Under the pieces are notes generated by a model. The model worked only from the letters and a program-made list of their open reading frames with translations. It ran no database searches and was not told where the DNA came from. Position numbers and translations under genes: made by a program. DNA of 63,939 bases, filler included, from Octopus bimaculoides (lineage: Eukaryota), in NCBI RefSeq assembly GCF_001194135.2. It is 7 parts of 5 records of this genome, joined end to end, with 100 filler letters (N's around TTAATTAATTAA, not from the genome) between each part and the next. Parts side by side here need not be neighbours in the genome. Positions count along the whole stretch, not along the records: positions 28,381 to 51,899 come from NC_068984.1; 6 more parts are not named here. One strand, given 5' to 3'. Below are positions 33,787 to 46,507 of the stretch, piece after piece; the stretch's first letter is position 1, and the number at the start of each line of letters is the position of its first letter.

Positions 33787-34040
33787 CATGGGTAAAACTT
33801 TAAACTGCATCTGGTAGTGGTACACTGGTATAGGAGTTCCAAGGTTTTGGGAAGTGTGGATCCATCCCTTAGTCACTACTGTTCTCAGGTTTACACTGAC
33901 CCGAGTAGTAGAACCTGTTAGGGACCCAGCTATGCGATAACCAGTATGTAAACCACTGGGAGTGAAAGACCCCTCATTCTCCCTCTAGGAGAAAGTAAAC
34001 TCCTATAGAAAACATGAAGTGCAGTTGGTTTCTAGTCGTA
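33787..34040 (+). mobile_element. Dispersed repeat, possibly an RTE-type 5' UTR
   Basis: Homologous to 9585-9730; continues into ctctaggagaaagtaaactc, which resembles the ctaggagaaggaaaactc motif I recall from RTE 5' UTRs. Confidence 0.4.
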
Positions 34041-34981
34041 TCAGCCTCTGTTGTGCCACTGGTTCTATAGTTGGTTGCTCTGAAAAGTGGGCTCAGAGCT
34101 GAACAATATTTTATCCACAAAAAGCAAATTCACGCACACGAATTTCTTGGACTCTCAGAATATTTCCATGAACTTACTGAGTTTAGGAAGTGGTTTTACT
34201 CGGTCACGAGTTGATTTCCGCTATGTATTTATACATACATATATCCGACTGACTTTTGCATAGTTACCATCTATTAAATTTTAATTACAATAACTTTATT
34301 CAATGTGATGTAAACTTGAATACGCGTGATTAAAATTGGATGGAACCCGAAATATATGACTGGTAAGCGAACTTCTTTACCTCATGACTCTGCTTTCATT
34401 AACATTTTGACTGTTGCTTCAATAAAAATTATAGCTAAATACTTTTTACATAATACAACGTGTAAAAATATTTCTATTTTCATAAGCGGTGTTTTTCTTA
34501 CTAATTACCAATACTATTCATTACAGAATAATACTTGTTTGTTCTGTCTTATATTTCTAAAAGAGTTCATGAGATATGGAGTGTGTGTAAGTCCGTGTGT
34601 ATATATTTAAATAACTAAGTGTCTACATTTGTAAATATTACTGGGAGTTATTGCTTATTAAATATTTAAACAAGGAAGACAATTGAGGGGTTAAACAGCA
34701 AGAGAGTGGGAAGAAAGTGATTATGTATAATTTCATTGATTAGCCGGTATCCGGTACTTAAGCGGGATGTGGAAAGCTAAAAATAAAGCTCTGTATAGCA
34801 GTTTTGGAAAATTTTCTTGATAAGTGGACACAGTAATTTACTTATTTATCCACAGGAGATATATTCTGGTCAGAATCATAATTATACGTAGTTAGTTAAT
34901 ATGAATATATATATAAAAAAAATATGTTGTTAATAAAGTGTCCTTCATGTCATAATCAAAATCGTAGAATTTATTACACAT

Positions 34982-35031
<50 letters not shown>

Positions 35032-36145
35032 ACACGCATTATATATATATATATANNNNNNNNNNNNNNNNNNNNNNNNNNNNNNNNNNNNNNNNNNNNN
35101 NNNNNNNNNNNNNNNNNNNNNNNNNNNNNNNNNNNNNNNNNNNNNNNNNNNNNNNNNNNNNNNNNNNNNNNNNNNNNNNNNNNNNNNNNNNNNNNNNNNN
35201 NNNNNNNNNNNNNNNNNTATATATATATATATATATATTATAAAAACAAGTAAAGTCAATCGCCACATCAAAGTGGCTGTTCCATGAGATTTTACAACTA
35301 GCTATTTTGCTTGTTGCAAATCAGTGACCGATGGTAGCTTTGTTTACAATATAATGCTAGCTGGAGCAGACCCTGACTATCGCTCTTGCGACGACCAGGT
35401 ACTCGCGACTGAGGATGAGTGAAATAGCTCTAAATTGAATCAGTCTCGCCATCTTGTTGTCTGCTAGAGGATGGTAGAGATTCGCTCCCTCTGCTAGCAA
35501 TATATATTATATATAAAGGATGCAGCGTCGCACCAATAACCAGCTGGCGGAATGTCTGCCTGGGGTTAAACTAGTAGTAACATGGAATAGCCACTTTGAT
35601 GCGGTAATTGACATCACTTCTTAGTATAGTTACTGTTCTCTCTATATATAAAAGAACACAAGCGGGGTTCAAATTCCAAACAGCTGTTTCGACAACAATT
35701 TTATTGATGCATTCTAGATTTACATCATAGCAAAAACCAGCCATCATCAGGTAAATTTTAAACACATAAACTGCTTTCAGCTGAACAAAAAGGCACACGA
35801 GTTTCAGTTGCACAAGATCTTCATGATTGTGTCGGGAACGATGATAAAAACGTTTTGAAAACTTTGCAAAGCCTCTGAGCAAGTATCACCAAGCTTTTGG
35901 CAAAATTTGACGCAGATTCTTTACTCAACTTCCTCTGTAATGGTCAATGCGACTATCACTCGCTACATACCTTCCTTCCAAGCACTGCTGTACACAGCAG
36001 AAGTGAGCCAGAAAGTTAAAACTTAGTGCCCATACAAAACAGATTCCAAGGTCAATCTGTGCCAAGCAGCTTCACTCTGGATATTCTAGCTTCGTTACTA
36101 TAGCAACAGTCCGGATACTTATTGCTCAGACCACGTATATGTGTG

Positions 36146-36355
36146 TGTGTGTGTGTGTTTGTCCCCCACCCCACTATCACTTCACAACCGATGTTGGCGT
36201 GCTTACGTTCCCATAACTTAGCCGTTCAGCAAAAGACACCAATAAAATAAGTATTAGGCTTACAAAGAATAAGTCCTGGAGTCGATTTGTTAGACTAAAG
36301 ACAGTGCTCCAGCATGGCCGCAGTAAAATAACTGAAACATGTAAAAGAATAATAG
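36146..36355 (+). mobile_element. SINE B, 3' half
   Basis: tgtgtttgtcccc...acaaccgatgttgg...ttacaaagaataagtcctgg...gtgctccagcatggccgcagtaaaataactgaaac. Confidence 0.85.
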
Positions 36356-36384
36356 AGTATATATATATATTATATGTGGGAGAA

Positions 36385-36540
36385 TGTACGAAAAAACAAC
36401 AGACGAGGACAGGTGGTGTAAATAACAAAAGGATGTATTAGTATGACGCTCAGGAATACGGAAAGTCTTTGACGTTTCGAGCTACGTTCTTCAACAGAAA
36501 GAATACGGAGACAAGGAGAAAAACACGGAGAAAAAAAATT
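36385..36540 (-). mobile_element. Penelope-like pseudo-LTR fragment (copy 2)
   Basis: Collinear with 1-143 (aaaacaacagacgaggacaggt...gtattagtatgacgctc...gaaagtctttgacgtttcgagc). Confidence 0.6.
36466..36502 (-). ncRNA. Minimal type I hammerhead-ribozyme-like motif, variant core (copy 2)
   Basis: Minus strand tcttt-CTGTTGA-A-GAAC gta GCTC-GAAA-C-GT-C-aaaga: perfect 5-bp stem I, GUC cleavage triplet, palindromic ACGT stem III. Confidence 0.6.
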
Positions 36541-37871
36541 GAATAGTGTTCAGTCAACGGTCAATCATAATAATGGCTAATAATGGCTGACCGGAAGTTA
36601 GAAATTCTTTTTTCAGGAGAGCTAAGAAAAGGGGGAGATAACAAACGGTGATCGAAGAACGAGGGGCTGTGTGTGGGAGATAGAATGCTGGTGATCTTGA
36701 CGTATGTAGTGTGCTCGCATCACANNNNNNNNNNNNNNNNNNNNNNNNNNNNNNNNNNNNNNNNNNNNNNNNNNNNNNNNNNNNNNNNNNNNNNNNNNNN
36801 NNNNNNNNNNNNNNNNNNNNNNNNNNNNNNNNNNNNNNNNNNNNNNNNNNNNNNNNNNNNNNNNNNNNNNNNNNNNNNNNNNNNNNNNNNNNNNNNNNNN
36901 NNNNNNNNNNNNNNNNNNNNNNNNNNNNNNNNNNNNNNNNNNNNNNNNNNNNNNNNNNNNNNNNNNNNNNNNNNNNNNNNNNNNNNNNNNNNNNNNNNNN
37001 NNNNNNNNNNNNNNNNNNNNNNNNNNNNNNNNNNNNNNNNNNNNNNNNNNNNNNNNNNNNNNNNNNNNNNNNNNNNNNNNNNNNNNNNNNNNNNNNNNNN
37101 NNNNNNNNNNNNNNNNNNNNNNNNNNNNNNNNNNNNNNNNNNNNNNNNNNNNNNNNNNNNNNNNNNNNNNNNNNNNNNNNNNNNNNNNNNNNNNNNNNNN
37201 NNNNNNNNNNNNNNNNNNNNNNNNNNNNNNNNNNNNNNNNNNNNNNNNNNNNNNNNGGACTTACCTAAATTGGACTGACCGGTTTTTATATGTAGCTCAT
37301 TCTTTGTAACCCGTACGATAATAAATTACTGATGTCTTAAAAGTGTTTTGGTAGTTAATTCCAGATATATATAAATATCTACAAATACAGAATATTGTTA
37401 TCTTAGCAGATTTGATATATCTATTGCCATCATTATTATTCTTACTACTTGCTTCAAAGTACATTGCTGATATGTGTGTCGTTTGCGTTTACAAGCAATA
37501 GTTGCAGCGGATGTAAAAAAAGGAAATTCCTTCTAAATTTTGATCTGAATGATATGCGCTTACTTCGTATCAGAAACTGTATAGCACCGAAAGCTATTTA
37601 ATATTTCAATTACTTTTCATTCTTCTGAACAGCATGGTAAGGTCTTGATTTAATGTCTTCTCTTGTATAATTTTTTGGCTCACTCTAATCTAGAGAAAGA
37701 AATAGCCGAAAAGAAATCTGACAAATGTTTTCGTGGTTTATGTTATGAGTAGATGACACATTTATAATAAATCGATACCACAGCAGCAGGCATGGCCGTG
37801 ATGCAGAAAACTGTCTCGGAACTATGCGGTTCCAGGATCGATACCTTGTTCAGAATAGCATCGGATATATG

Positions 37872-39141
37872 CAGGGTGTCCCCCAAAATATATACACGTT
37901 TTAACAGCTAACTCAATTTTCATTTCTTTTTTGATTTAATCTATTGGGTTCTTGCTCTTCTGCGAAAGTCAAGTGATGTAGACACCCCTGATAAGATCTC
38001 AACAATGGTCACAAATCGATCAAGGCTATTTGCTATTGCTGCAGTCTACGGACTCAAACAAAGGAAAATTTTCCTAAAGTGCTACTGGAAATTTGAAAAT
38101 GCAGTCGAAGGACAACTAAGGAGAAAGTTTCAAACAGATTCACCTATCTGATTTACCATTACTCGAATTAGAAATAAGTGTGAAACAGATGGAACTGTCC
38201 AGAGCGTCCACAAGTAAGGTTCTGAAAGACTGCAGACACTGATGAGCCTCACAAAGCAAGCAAAATTACTACAAACGTATTACTAGAGTTTAAAAAAAAC
38301 ATTTGCGTGGTAAGGGTAGGAATTTCAGAATAGAGCGTCCATTGCATTTATAGAAAGTTATTTATAGAAAGTCATCAGAAAGTTATTTTCCAAGAATAGT
38401 CTATCCTCTCAATGAAAATGATTTGATTTAAAAATGAAGTCTTAAGAGTGTTACTTGGGGAGATGTCTAGAAGATTGACTTTTTTCAACGAAGGTGCTTG
38501 GAGTGACAAAGCTACATTTAACTTAAATGGCTCAATTATTTGCTACAATTACACCTACTGGATACTCGATAACCCACATATTACGAAGCAACGGCATGCA
38601 AATTTACTAGAAATTACAGTATGGCGTGTTATCAAAGAAATTAATTGGGTCATTATTTTTGACGGTACTATGACTGGTCATATTTACTTGAAGTTGCTGT
38701 GACAATTTGTCATGCTAAGCATTCAAGCGGACTTGAAAAATATGCAGTTTTATTTCTTGCAAGATGGAGCAACCATAGTAAAGTAAGGGCCTATCTTGAT
38801 GAAATTTTGCCAAACAAGTGGTTTGGATGAAGAGGCTCAGTAGAATACCTCTTCATTCACTGGACTTCACATCACTAGACTTCTATTTCTGGGGGTACTT
38901 AAAAGATAGAGTTTACGGTACAAAACTGGCATCAGACAACGAATTGAGGAAAGCCGTTGAACAATACGGAAATAAATATTTCTTGATGTTAGAGATTCCA
39001 TTGTTTTGCGCGTCATAAGTTAGAAAAGAGGTGCTCACAGAAAAAAGTCTGTAGATTCTATTAAATTTTGAAAATGAAATATATTTTAATAATCACTTTA
39101 TAATCATTCAATGTCTTTGTACATTTTTTGGGGACACCCTG
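37872..39141 (+). mobile_element. Tc1/mariner transposon relic, rosa/Visitor (DD40-41D)-like, both TIRs present
   Basis: TIRs CAGGGTGTCCCC..AAAA at 37872 and ending at 39141 followed by TA; transposase YWKFENAV...WSDKATFNLNG...YW...NPH...LQDGA...LDFTSLDFYFWGYLKDRVY; many stops. Confidence 0.85.
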
Positions 39142-39842
39142 TACATGCATACATACAGGCACACAAATGCATATATGCATGTGTTAGTGTGTATGTAAAG
39201 CAATCTACTTTAAAGCAGCCAGTCAATATGTTAATGGTAGAAGGAAGTATATCAAATTTGATAAGATAACGATATCTTATAATAGACATTCGTGCATTAT
39301 TTGGAATTATGTATAATTTCATTGGTCATCTGGTATCCGGTGATTAGGCAGGATGTGGAAAGTTAAGCAGAAAACCCTGTCCTGTAATTCTGAAAACTAT
39401 TAGATCAGGGAACATAGAGCAATGAATTAATTAATAATTCTAATTCATTAATTTCCCCAAAGGAAATACATTCTTGTCAGGATCAAGATTTTGGGTGGTC
39501 AGTTGATCTGCCTTGTTTACCTAAATTAAATTGTATTATACACCCAAATCAAAATACAGGAAATCACAAAATTCATACATACTACATTCATACATGCATG
39601 CATACATACATACATACATACATACATACATACATACATAAATATGTGCGTGCATATGTATGTATTTGTATGTGTATATGTGTATGTATATATATTGCGA
39701 CTATATATATTTTAATTTCAGTAAACAAAACAAAAGTGGAAATCGACTACCAAAATTATGACCCTAACTAGAATATATCTCTTGTGGGGAATATATATAC
39801 ATCCGTGTGTGTTTGTGTGTGCATGTGTGTGTGAGCATATAC

Positions 39843-39947
<105 letters not shown>

Positions 39948-39994
39948 CGTATCTATATATATGTGTATGTGCATGTGTGTGCGTATGTATGTGT

Positions 39995-40380
39995 GCGCGC
40001 GTTTAGGTTTTAGTCATTGGACTGCATTCAAGCTAGCATGCCGCCCTAAAGGACTTAGTCCAACAAATCGACCCAAATATCTAAAGCCTGGTACTTATTT
40101 TATCGGTCACTTTGTTGCCGAACATCTGTACAGGAATGTAAATAAACCAATACATTATGTCAAGGTGGGGGCACAAATCATATGCGCAAAGATGTGCATA
40201 TGCGCATGCACACATATATGCATACACGACGAGCTTCTACACAGCTTCCCTCTTCTAAATTTACTCACAAATCATTGGTCAGTCCAGGATAAAGTAGAGG
40301 AAACGTGCGCAAATTGTCACCCAGTGAGACCGAACCCGAAAAAGCTTGTAGGCAATCGAGCAAGGATTCCTCATTACCAC
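39995..40380 (-). mobile_element. SINE B-related copy, degenerate
   Basis: aaatcgaccc...aaagcctggtacttattttatcggtcac...acgacgagcttctacacag...gtgagaccgaacccg. Confidence 0.7.
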
Positions 40381-40466
40381 CAGTCTATGAGGCTTTAAAA
40401 AAGAAGGGCCATGAGCTCCACATTTCCCTCCCTAAATGCAAGGCAGAAAAGTATTCTGCATTAATA

Positions 40467-40856
40467 TTTGTTGTTGTGGCACTCCGTCGCTTACGACGTC
40501 GAGGGTTGCAGTCGATCCGGTCAACGGAACAGCCTGCTCGTGAAATTAACGTGCAAGTGGCTGAGCACTCCACAGACACGTGTACCCTTAACATAGTTCT
40601 CGGGGATATTCAGCGTGACACAGTGTGACAAGGTAGACCCTTTGAAATACAGGTACAACAGAAACAGGAAGAAAGAGTGAGAGAAAGTTGTGGTGGAAGA
40701 GTACAGCAGGGTTCGCCACCATCCCCTGCCGGAGCCTCGTGGAGCTTTTAGGTGTTTTCGCTGAATAAACACTCACAACGCCCGGTCTGGGAATCGAAAC
40801 CGCGATCCTATGACCGCGAGTCAGCTGCTCTAACCACTGGGCCATTGCGCCTCCAC
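40467..40856 (-). mobile_element. SINE family C, full-length, 9-bp TSD GCATTAATA
   Basis: Very similar to 21293-21676; TSD at 40458-40466 and 40857-40865; (CAA)n tail. Confidence 0.92.
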
Positions 40857-41509
40857 GCATTAATAGTAAAAGGAAGAAAAGTGGCTACTATTCTGGATTA
40901 AATTGCAATCCTAGTGACAGAATCAACAACCCAGGTTCGGTTTTCGTCCTTGCTATTCCACCTACTACTCTTTAAAAAATCTGAACACCATAATCGTCAT
41001 CTCTCAATCCTTACATCACTAAGCTGACTATCCCAGAAAGTTTCAATTAATTCTATTTATTCTCTAATGCGTGGGATAATAATCAACGTTATTATTATGT
41101 TGTTGAATAAAGGAGGTTTTATTCGAGCTGTCTTAGAATCTAGTGTTTATCTCCATGGTAATCGAGAAGGACTGTAGTTAAAAAAATTCCAAACACTTGA
41201 ATTTGAAGCATCGATTATTTTAAGAAATTACATAAAGAATTTAAGGCAGCATTTAAAACCATGAGGAGATTAGGACAAGGGTTTGCGCAACTATTTTCAT
41301 TAACCGATGTCTTGCGGACGATAAATATAAACATAAGGAGTTTCTGTAAAATAAATTTGTAACAAGTTATTCATTATGTTAATATTGCTAAAATAAATGA
41401 ATGGAATTTTCAGATTAGAACAAACTGAACAACTATGTTTCTAGCTTCACATGATGACATAGGTCAATTTACGATATTTCTCCAGTCCCCACTCTGTGTT
41501 TGTATATAA

Positions 41510-42345
41510 TTCCGTCTACTATAGGCACAAGGCCTGAAACATGGTGTGAGTAGGGGTTAGGTAGAATTACATCGATCCAGTTGCTCAACTGATACTTATT
41601 TTATCGACTCTGAAGGGATAAAAGGCAAAGTAGATACCGACAGAATTTAAACTCAGAACGTAAAACTAGAAGAAATGTTAGGAGTGGCTGTGTGGTAAGT
41701 AGCTTGCTTACGAACCACATGGTTCCGGGTTCAGTCTCACTGCGTGGCACCTTGGGCAAGTGTCTTCTACTATAGCCTCGGGCCGACCAAAGCCTTGTAA
41801 GTGGATTTGGTTGACGGAAACTGAAAGAATCCCGTCGTATATATGTATATATATATGTATGTGTGTGTATATGTTTGTGTGTCTGTGTTTATCCCCCCCC
41901 CAACATCGCTTGACAACCGATGTTGGTGTGTTTACGTCCCCGTAACTTAGCGGTTCGGCAAAAAGAGACCGATAGAATAAGTACCAGACTTACAAAGAAT
42001 AGTCCTGGGGTCGATTTCCTCGACTAAAGGCGATGCTCCAGCATGGCCACAGTCAAATGACCGAAACAAGTAAACGAGTAAGCATTTTGTCTGCCGTGCT
42101 AACGATTCTGCCAGCTCACCGCCTTCAGTTTGTATACAAAATGATTTCAAATTTTGCTCATTAATTTTGCAAGAGGGTGTAAGTCGACTACATCGACCCC
42201 ACAACTTAACTGGGACTCATTTTATCGACGCCGAAAGGATGAAAGGCAATGTTGACCTCGGCGGAATTTGAATTCAGAACGTGAAGGCAGACGAAATGCC
42301 GTTAAGTATTTTGCCCAGCGCGTAACGATTCTGCTAACTCACCGC
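41510..42345. mobile_element. Nested SINE cluster: SINE A (-) split by a full-length SINE B (+, about 41679-42078), then another SINE A (-, about 42150-42345)
   Basis: SINE A sequence stops at gaaatgtta and resumes at taagcattttgtc...ttctgccagctcaccgcc after the SINE B tail. Confidence 0.85.
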
Positions 42346-42855
42346 CTTCAGTTTGTATATAATGATGGTATCAAGGTACTCCAATCAATCACTGCAACCC
42401 TTCCCCTCCCCACAAACTCTTGTTTCCTTGATTATCGTCATGTATTAAGCATCAGAAGTAACCTAAAAGCAACGACCCATGAATATTTAGTACGGAAAAT
42501 GGTGGCAGGATCAAACTGGCAAAGACAAGACTAATGATCAATAATTCAGTTATAATGGGCGTCAGTCTGTACGGAAAACGTTCAGATTTTTTTAGCCAAA
42601 TGGATTTCTGCTCGTGAAATGAATAGTTCAAAAGGATAAGTATTCCAGAATTATCTACATACATATACGTCAATATATAGATATATGTCTCTTTTTTATG
42701 TATGTATGTGTATATGTATGTATGTATACATGTACGTATGTATGTATGTACGTATGTATGTACGTATATATGTATGTACGTTTGTATGTATGTGCGTATG
42801 CATGTGTGTATATATATATGTGTGTGTGTAAGTGTGTGTGTATATATATGTATGC

Positions 42856-42917
<62 letters not shown>

Positions 42918-43314
42918 CTTATATGTATACACACACACACACACACACATTCTTTATTATTAATTAATTGGTCAAATATCTATCCAAACATTTCATGTTT
43001 TGTTTTTGTTTTGTTTTCTTTTTCTTTTGTCAAAGTTCTTTCGCCGCCATTCGCAAACTTTTCAGTGATTTATCTGTCCCCGAAAGCCGTCTCCGACGAA
43101 TTCACCTATGGAATCTTGCAAACCAAATACAAAATGTATATCTATATATATTTATATATATAGATGTGTATTTCGTTCAGGATTCTTTAACGAATGATCG
43201 CCATTTAATACTAACGGAAATCAGCTTTCAAATTTCAGAATAGAAATCTAATTTCTTTTCACCGATGAAAGACATTACATATCACATTATTTGTCTCCTC
43301 TGTAGGAAGATCTT

Positions 43315-43351
<37 letters not shown>

Positions 43352-43648
43352 CACAGGGGCTGATTGGTATGTAAGAGTTTTTCAAATGTGATTCCTTTAT
43401 TGACGTGCTTATGAACCTATTTAATTCTACGATTTCTAAGTCAACTGTCAGCCCCCATAAATTACGTGCTCAATAAACTTGATATGCTGTAGAATATCTG
43501 TAAAAATCTTGGAAGATAATATTTGAATAGGCAACTGAAATAGCGATGACGCTGATCTCGAAATTCTGATGACAGGGAAAGGTGTTTTATCCAAAGAAGC
43601 AAGAGGGTGGCGTTTGTCTATAAAACTATACATACATAAATACACACA

Positions 43649-43699
<51 letters not shown>

Positions 43700-43747
43700 T
43701 ATGTGTGTGTGCGTGCGTGCGTGCGTGCGTGCGTGCGTGTGTGTGTA

Positions 43748-43852
<105 letters not shown>

Positions 43853-44262
43853 CCATACAGTTGAAGTGTCGGAAAATATATTCTGTGCGTAGAATTCAGC
43901 CTCAACATGGAATTCTAAACGTATTCTATAATAACGAAATTCAGTAATGCTATTTTCAAATGATAATTCAGTCGATTGTGCTAATTTATTCTGAAACTAT
44001 TTTAATCAATGTTTCGTTATAACTTCACAAATGAATTCTTGTTTGTACAGCTTTCAAAACTGAAACAAGAAATAAAATCTGTCGGCTCAAAATTCAGTAC
44101 ACTAGACCCTTTGCCATTGTGAAAATTATTTATTATAAGATACTCACAAATTAGCAAATTTACTGATATCAACAGATATTTACCAGTGTCTTTAATATGT
44201 ATATTAATTACTCCTCTTCATAAAAAGGCAAGTCTGTATTTTAAAAAAATGGAAGAATTATC

Positions 44263-45420
44263 ACCCATTATCTAGTCTACTTTTTATTGCCAAAAATTAT
44301 TGAAAAGCTGACTGAAAGACATATGCTGAATTATTTGCAAACTTGCATCTGCTGCCATATCAGTCAGCATATAGGACTGATTTCCTGACGGAAATGGCAC
44401 TTATTAAACTATATAATGATCTTGAACAAGTATCTTGTCATTTAGAAATGCTATTGTCCCAAATGAAACCTAAATGTCTAGCGGATATAAAAAAGTTAAA
44501 CATGAACATGAATACTGTTGATCTAATATAACATTTTTGAAAACAAAACTGTAACAGCTGTAATTTTCTTTAAATCCAGCATTGAAGGCATTTGATAATG
44601 ATCTCCTTATGCATCATGCTCAATCATGCTAAATTAGTTCGTTGGTTCTGTTCTTATCTCATCAGAAGACGCCAGGTTGTACTAATCGATGGCACAAATG
44701 GAAAATTGATGCAAATTGACTGCGATGTACAAGATTCGGTATCCGGTCCTCTGCTGTATACATTATACATAATTCAATTACCATATATTCTTGTCAGTTA
44801 CAGGTTGAAACACCAGCTTAACACAAATGATAGTGTCTTATATATTCCTTTCTATATTTACGATGGGAATAAGTACGCTTTAATATTGTCAACTACTTTG
44901 GATCACATTTTTAATTGTTCACAATAAAGAAACTGAAATTAAGTACAAATAAAACCGAAGTATTCTGAACTGTTTTGAGTCATAATAACAGTGTAAATAT
45001 ATTTTAATATCTATTTTATATCAAAAGCAATATATTTAGGAGTGACATTCGATAGACACCAAAGTTTGATGATGATAGCAGGAAAAAAAAAAAAAACAAG
45101 AAAACATTGGAAATATCTATTTCATCTGTACAGTCTATAATAGAAGATGAAGAAATTTCTGGGTGAAGGCAATGTAAAAACATTTGATTCATTGCCTGTA
45201 TAATCTGGATTACTGCAATGCTATTCTGACTGGAATCAACAAAAGGCAATTGAAAATCCCAAAATCATTCAAAGCATTTATTTACGATTTGTTAGACGGC
45301 TGTGTAGATTTGAATATTTTGGACCATCATCAATTAAGCGTTAATCGTTATCCAACTCTGTACGAGTAGAATTCAAGACATTTTCTATTGCCCATAACTA
45401 TGTCATTGATTCTGCATCAA
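44263..45420 (+). mobile_element. L2-clade LINE reverse transcriptase, heavily decayed
   Basis: PLSSL.FIAKIIEK...YQSAYR...TE.AL.K.YND; WFCSYL..R.Q.V...QDSVSGPLLYTLY; LDYCNAILTG. Confidence 0.8.
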
Positions 45421-45454
45421 AATATTTGAAGGAATTTCTTTTATCTTTTGCTTA

Positions 45455-45703
45455 TTTTAGTCATTGAGAATCGGTTAAACTAGGGCACCACATCGAAAGA
45501 TTTAGTTGAATAAATCGATCCCAGCACTTATTTTTTAGAAGTCTGGTACTTACCCATCGATCACTTTTGACGAATTGCTAAGTTACGAGGATGTAAACAT
45601 ACCAACTCCGGTTGTCAAGCGGTGGGGGATAAACACAGACACGTAGGCACACACACATACACACACGCCCGCACGCGCACACACGCAGACACGCACACAC
45701 ACA

Positions 45704-45789
<86 letters not shown>

Positions 45790-45940
45790 AATATAAACGA
45801 TGAGCTGTTTCCCTCTACCAAATCCACTTACAAAATTTTGATCGGTCCGAGGCTATAGTAGAAGATACTTGCCCAAGGTGTTGCACAGCAAGACTTGACC
45901 GAGGAACGGGAAACAAACTTCTCGATGTCACAGCCGCGTC
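45455..45940 (-). mobile_element. SINE family B, near full-length with internal microsatellite
   Basis: aaatcgatcccagcac...ctggtactta...gtaaacat...ggttgtcaagcgg...ccgaggctatagtagaagatacttgcccaaggtg. Confidence 0.85.
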
Positions 45941-46012
45941 TATACCTTATGAATGCAAAAAGGACATTTTGTATTAATGCAGACATGTATATAATTTATT
46001 TATTATTAAATA

Positions 46013-46300
46013 CTAGCAGAAATACCTGGCGTTGCCGTGTCCCATGTACCTTATAATGAAACTCTTTTAAAAGAACATTGAGAATTTCCCAAAAATATTA
46101 CTTTATGCTGAAGTACCCATGTATTTCACTTGGAACTGTAGTAACAAAGAATGGCAAAGGAGAAAGCGAGGTAAAAAGGTGGAAGACCATTTGAACGTTT
46201 TCAAAGCGGAAACACTTGGTCGTGTTTATGTTGTCAGAACCAAAGGCTGGAGGACTGTATTATTTAAGAATTTTATAGCATGAAGCTCGAAATAGTAATT
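46013..46300. mobile_element. Helitron pieces: CTAG terminus-like motif (46013-46039, - sense) and RepHel coding fragment (46095-46290, + sense)
   Basis: ILLYAEVPMYFTWNCSNKEWQRRKRGKKVE...ETLGRVYVV...LYYLRIL matches the Helitron RepHel LLYxEVPxYxTW...WxRR...LGRVYxV...YYLRxLL motif; actagcagaaatacctggcgttgcc resembles a Helitron end. Confidence 0.75.
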
Positions 46301-46385
46301 TTTCCTTTCCCGCTGCACATCAACATTTTCAACTTGGAGTGGTTATGACCCGACGGGTCACGGCGAGCACATCTAGTATATGCCT

Positions 46386-46507
<122 letters not shown>

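Noticed and set aside
35440-35460. YY1-like CGCCATCTTG as a promoter
   Set aside because: A single motif in a modest CpG patch, with no downstream exon or ORF to support a start site.
43566-43590. CTGATGA-CAGG-GAAA
   Set aside because: No stem II, stem III or cleavage triplet can be formed.
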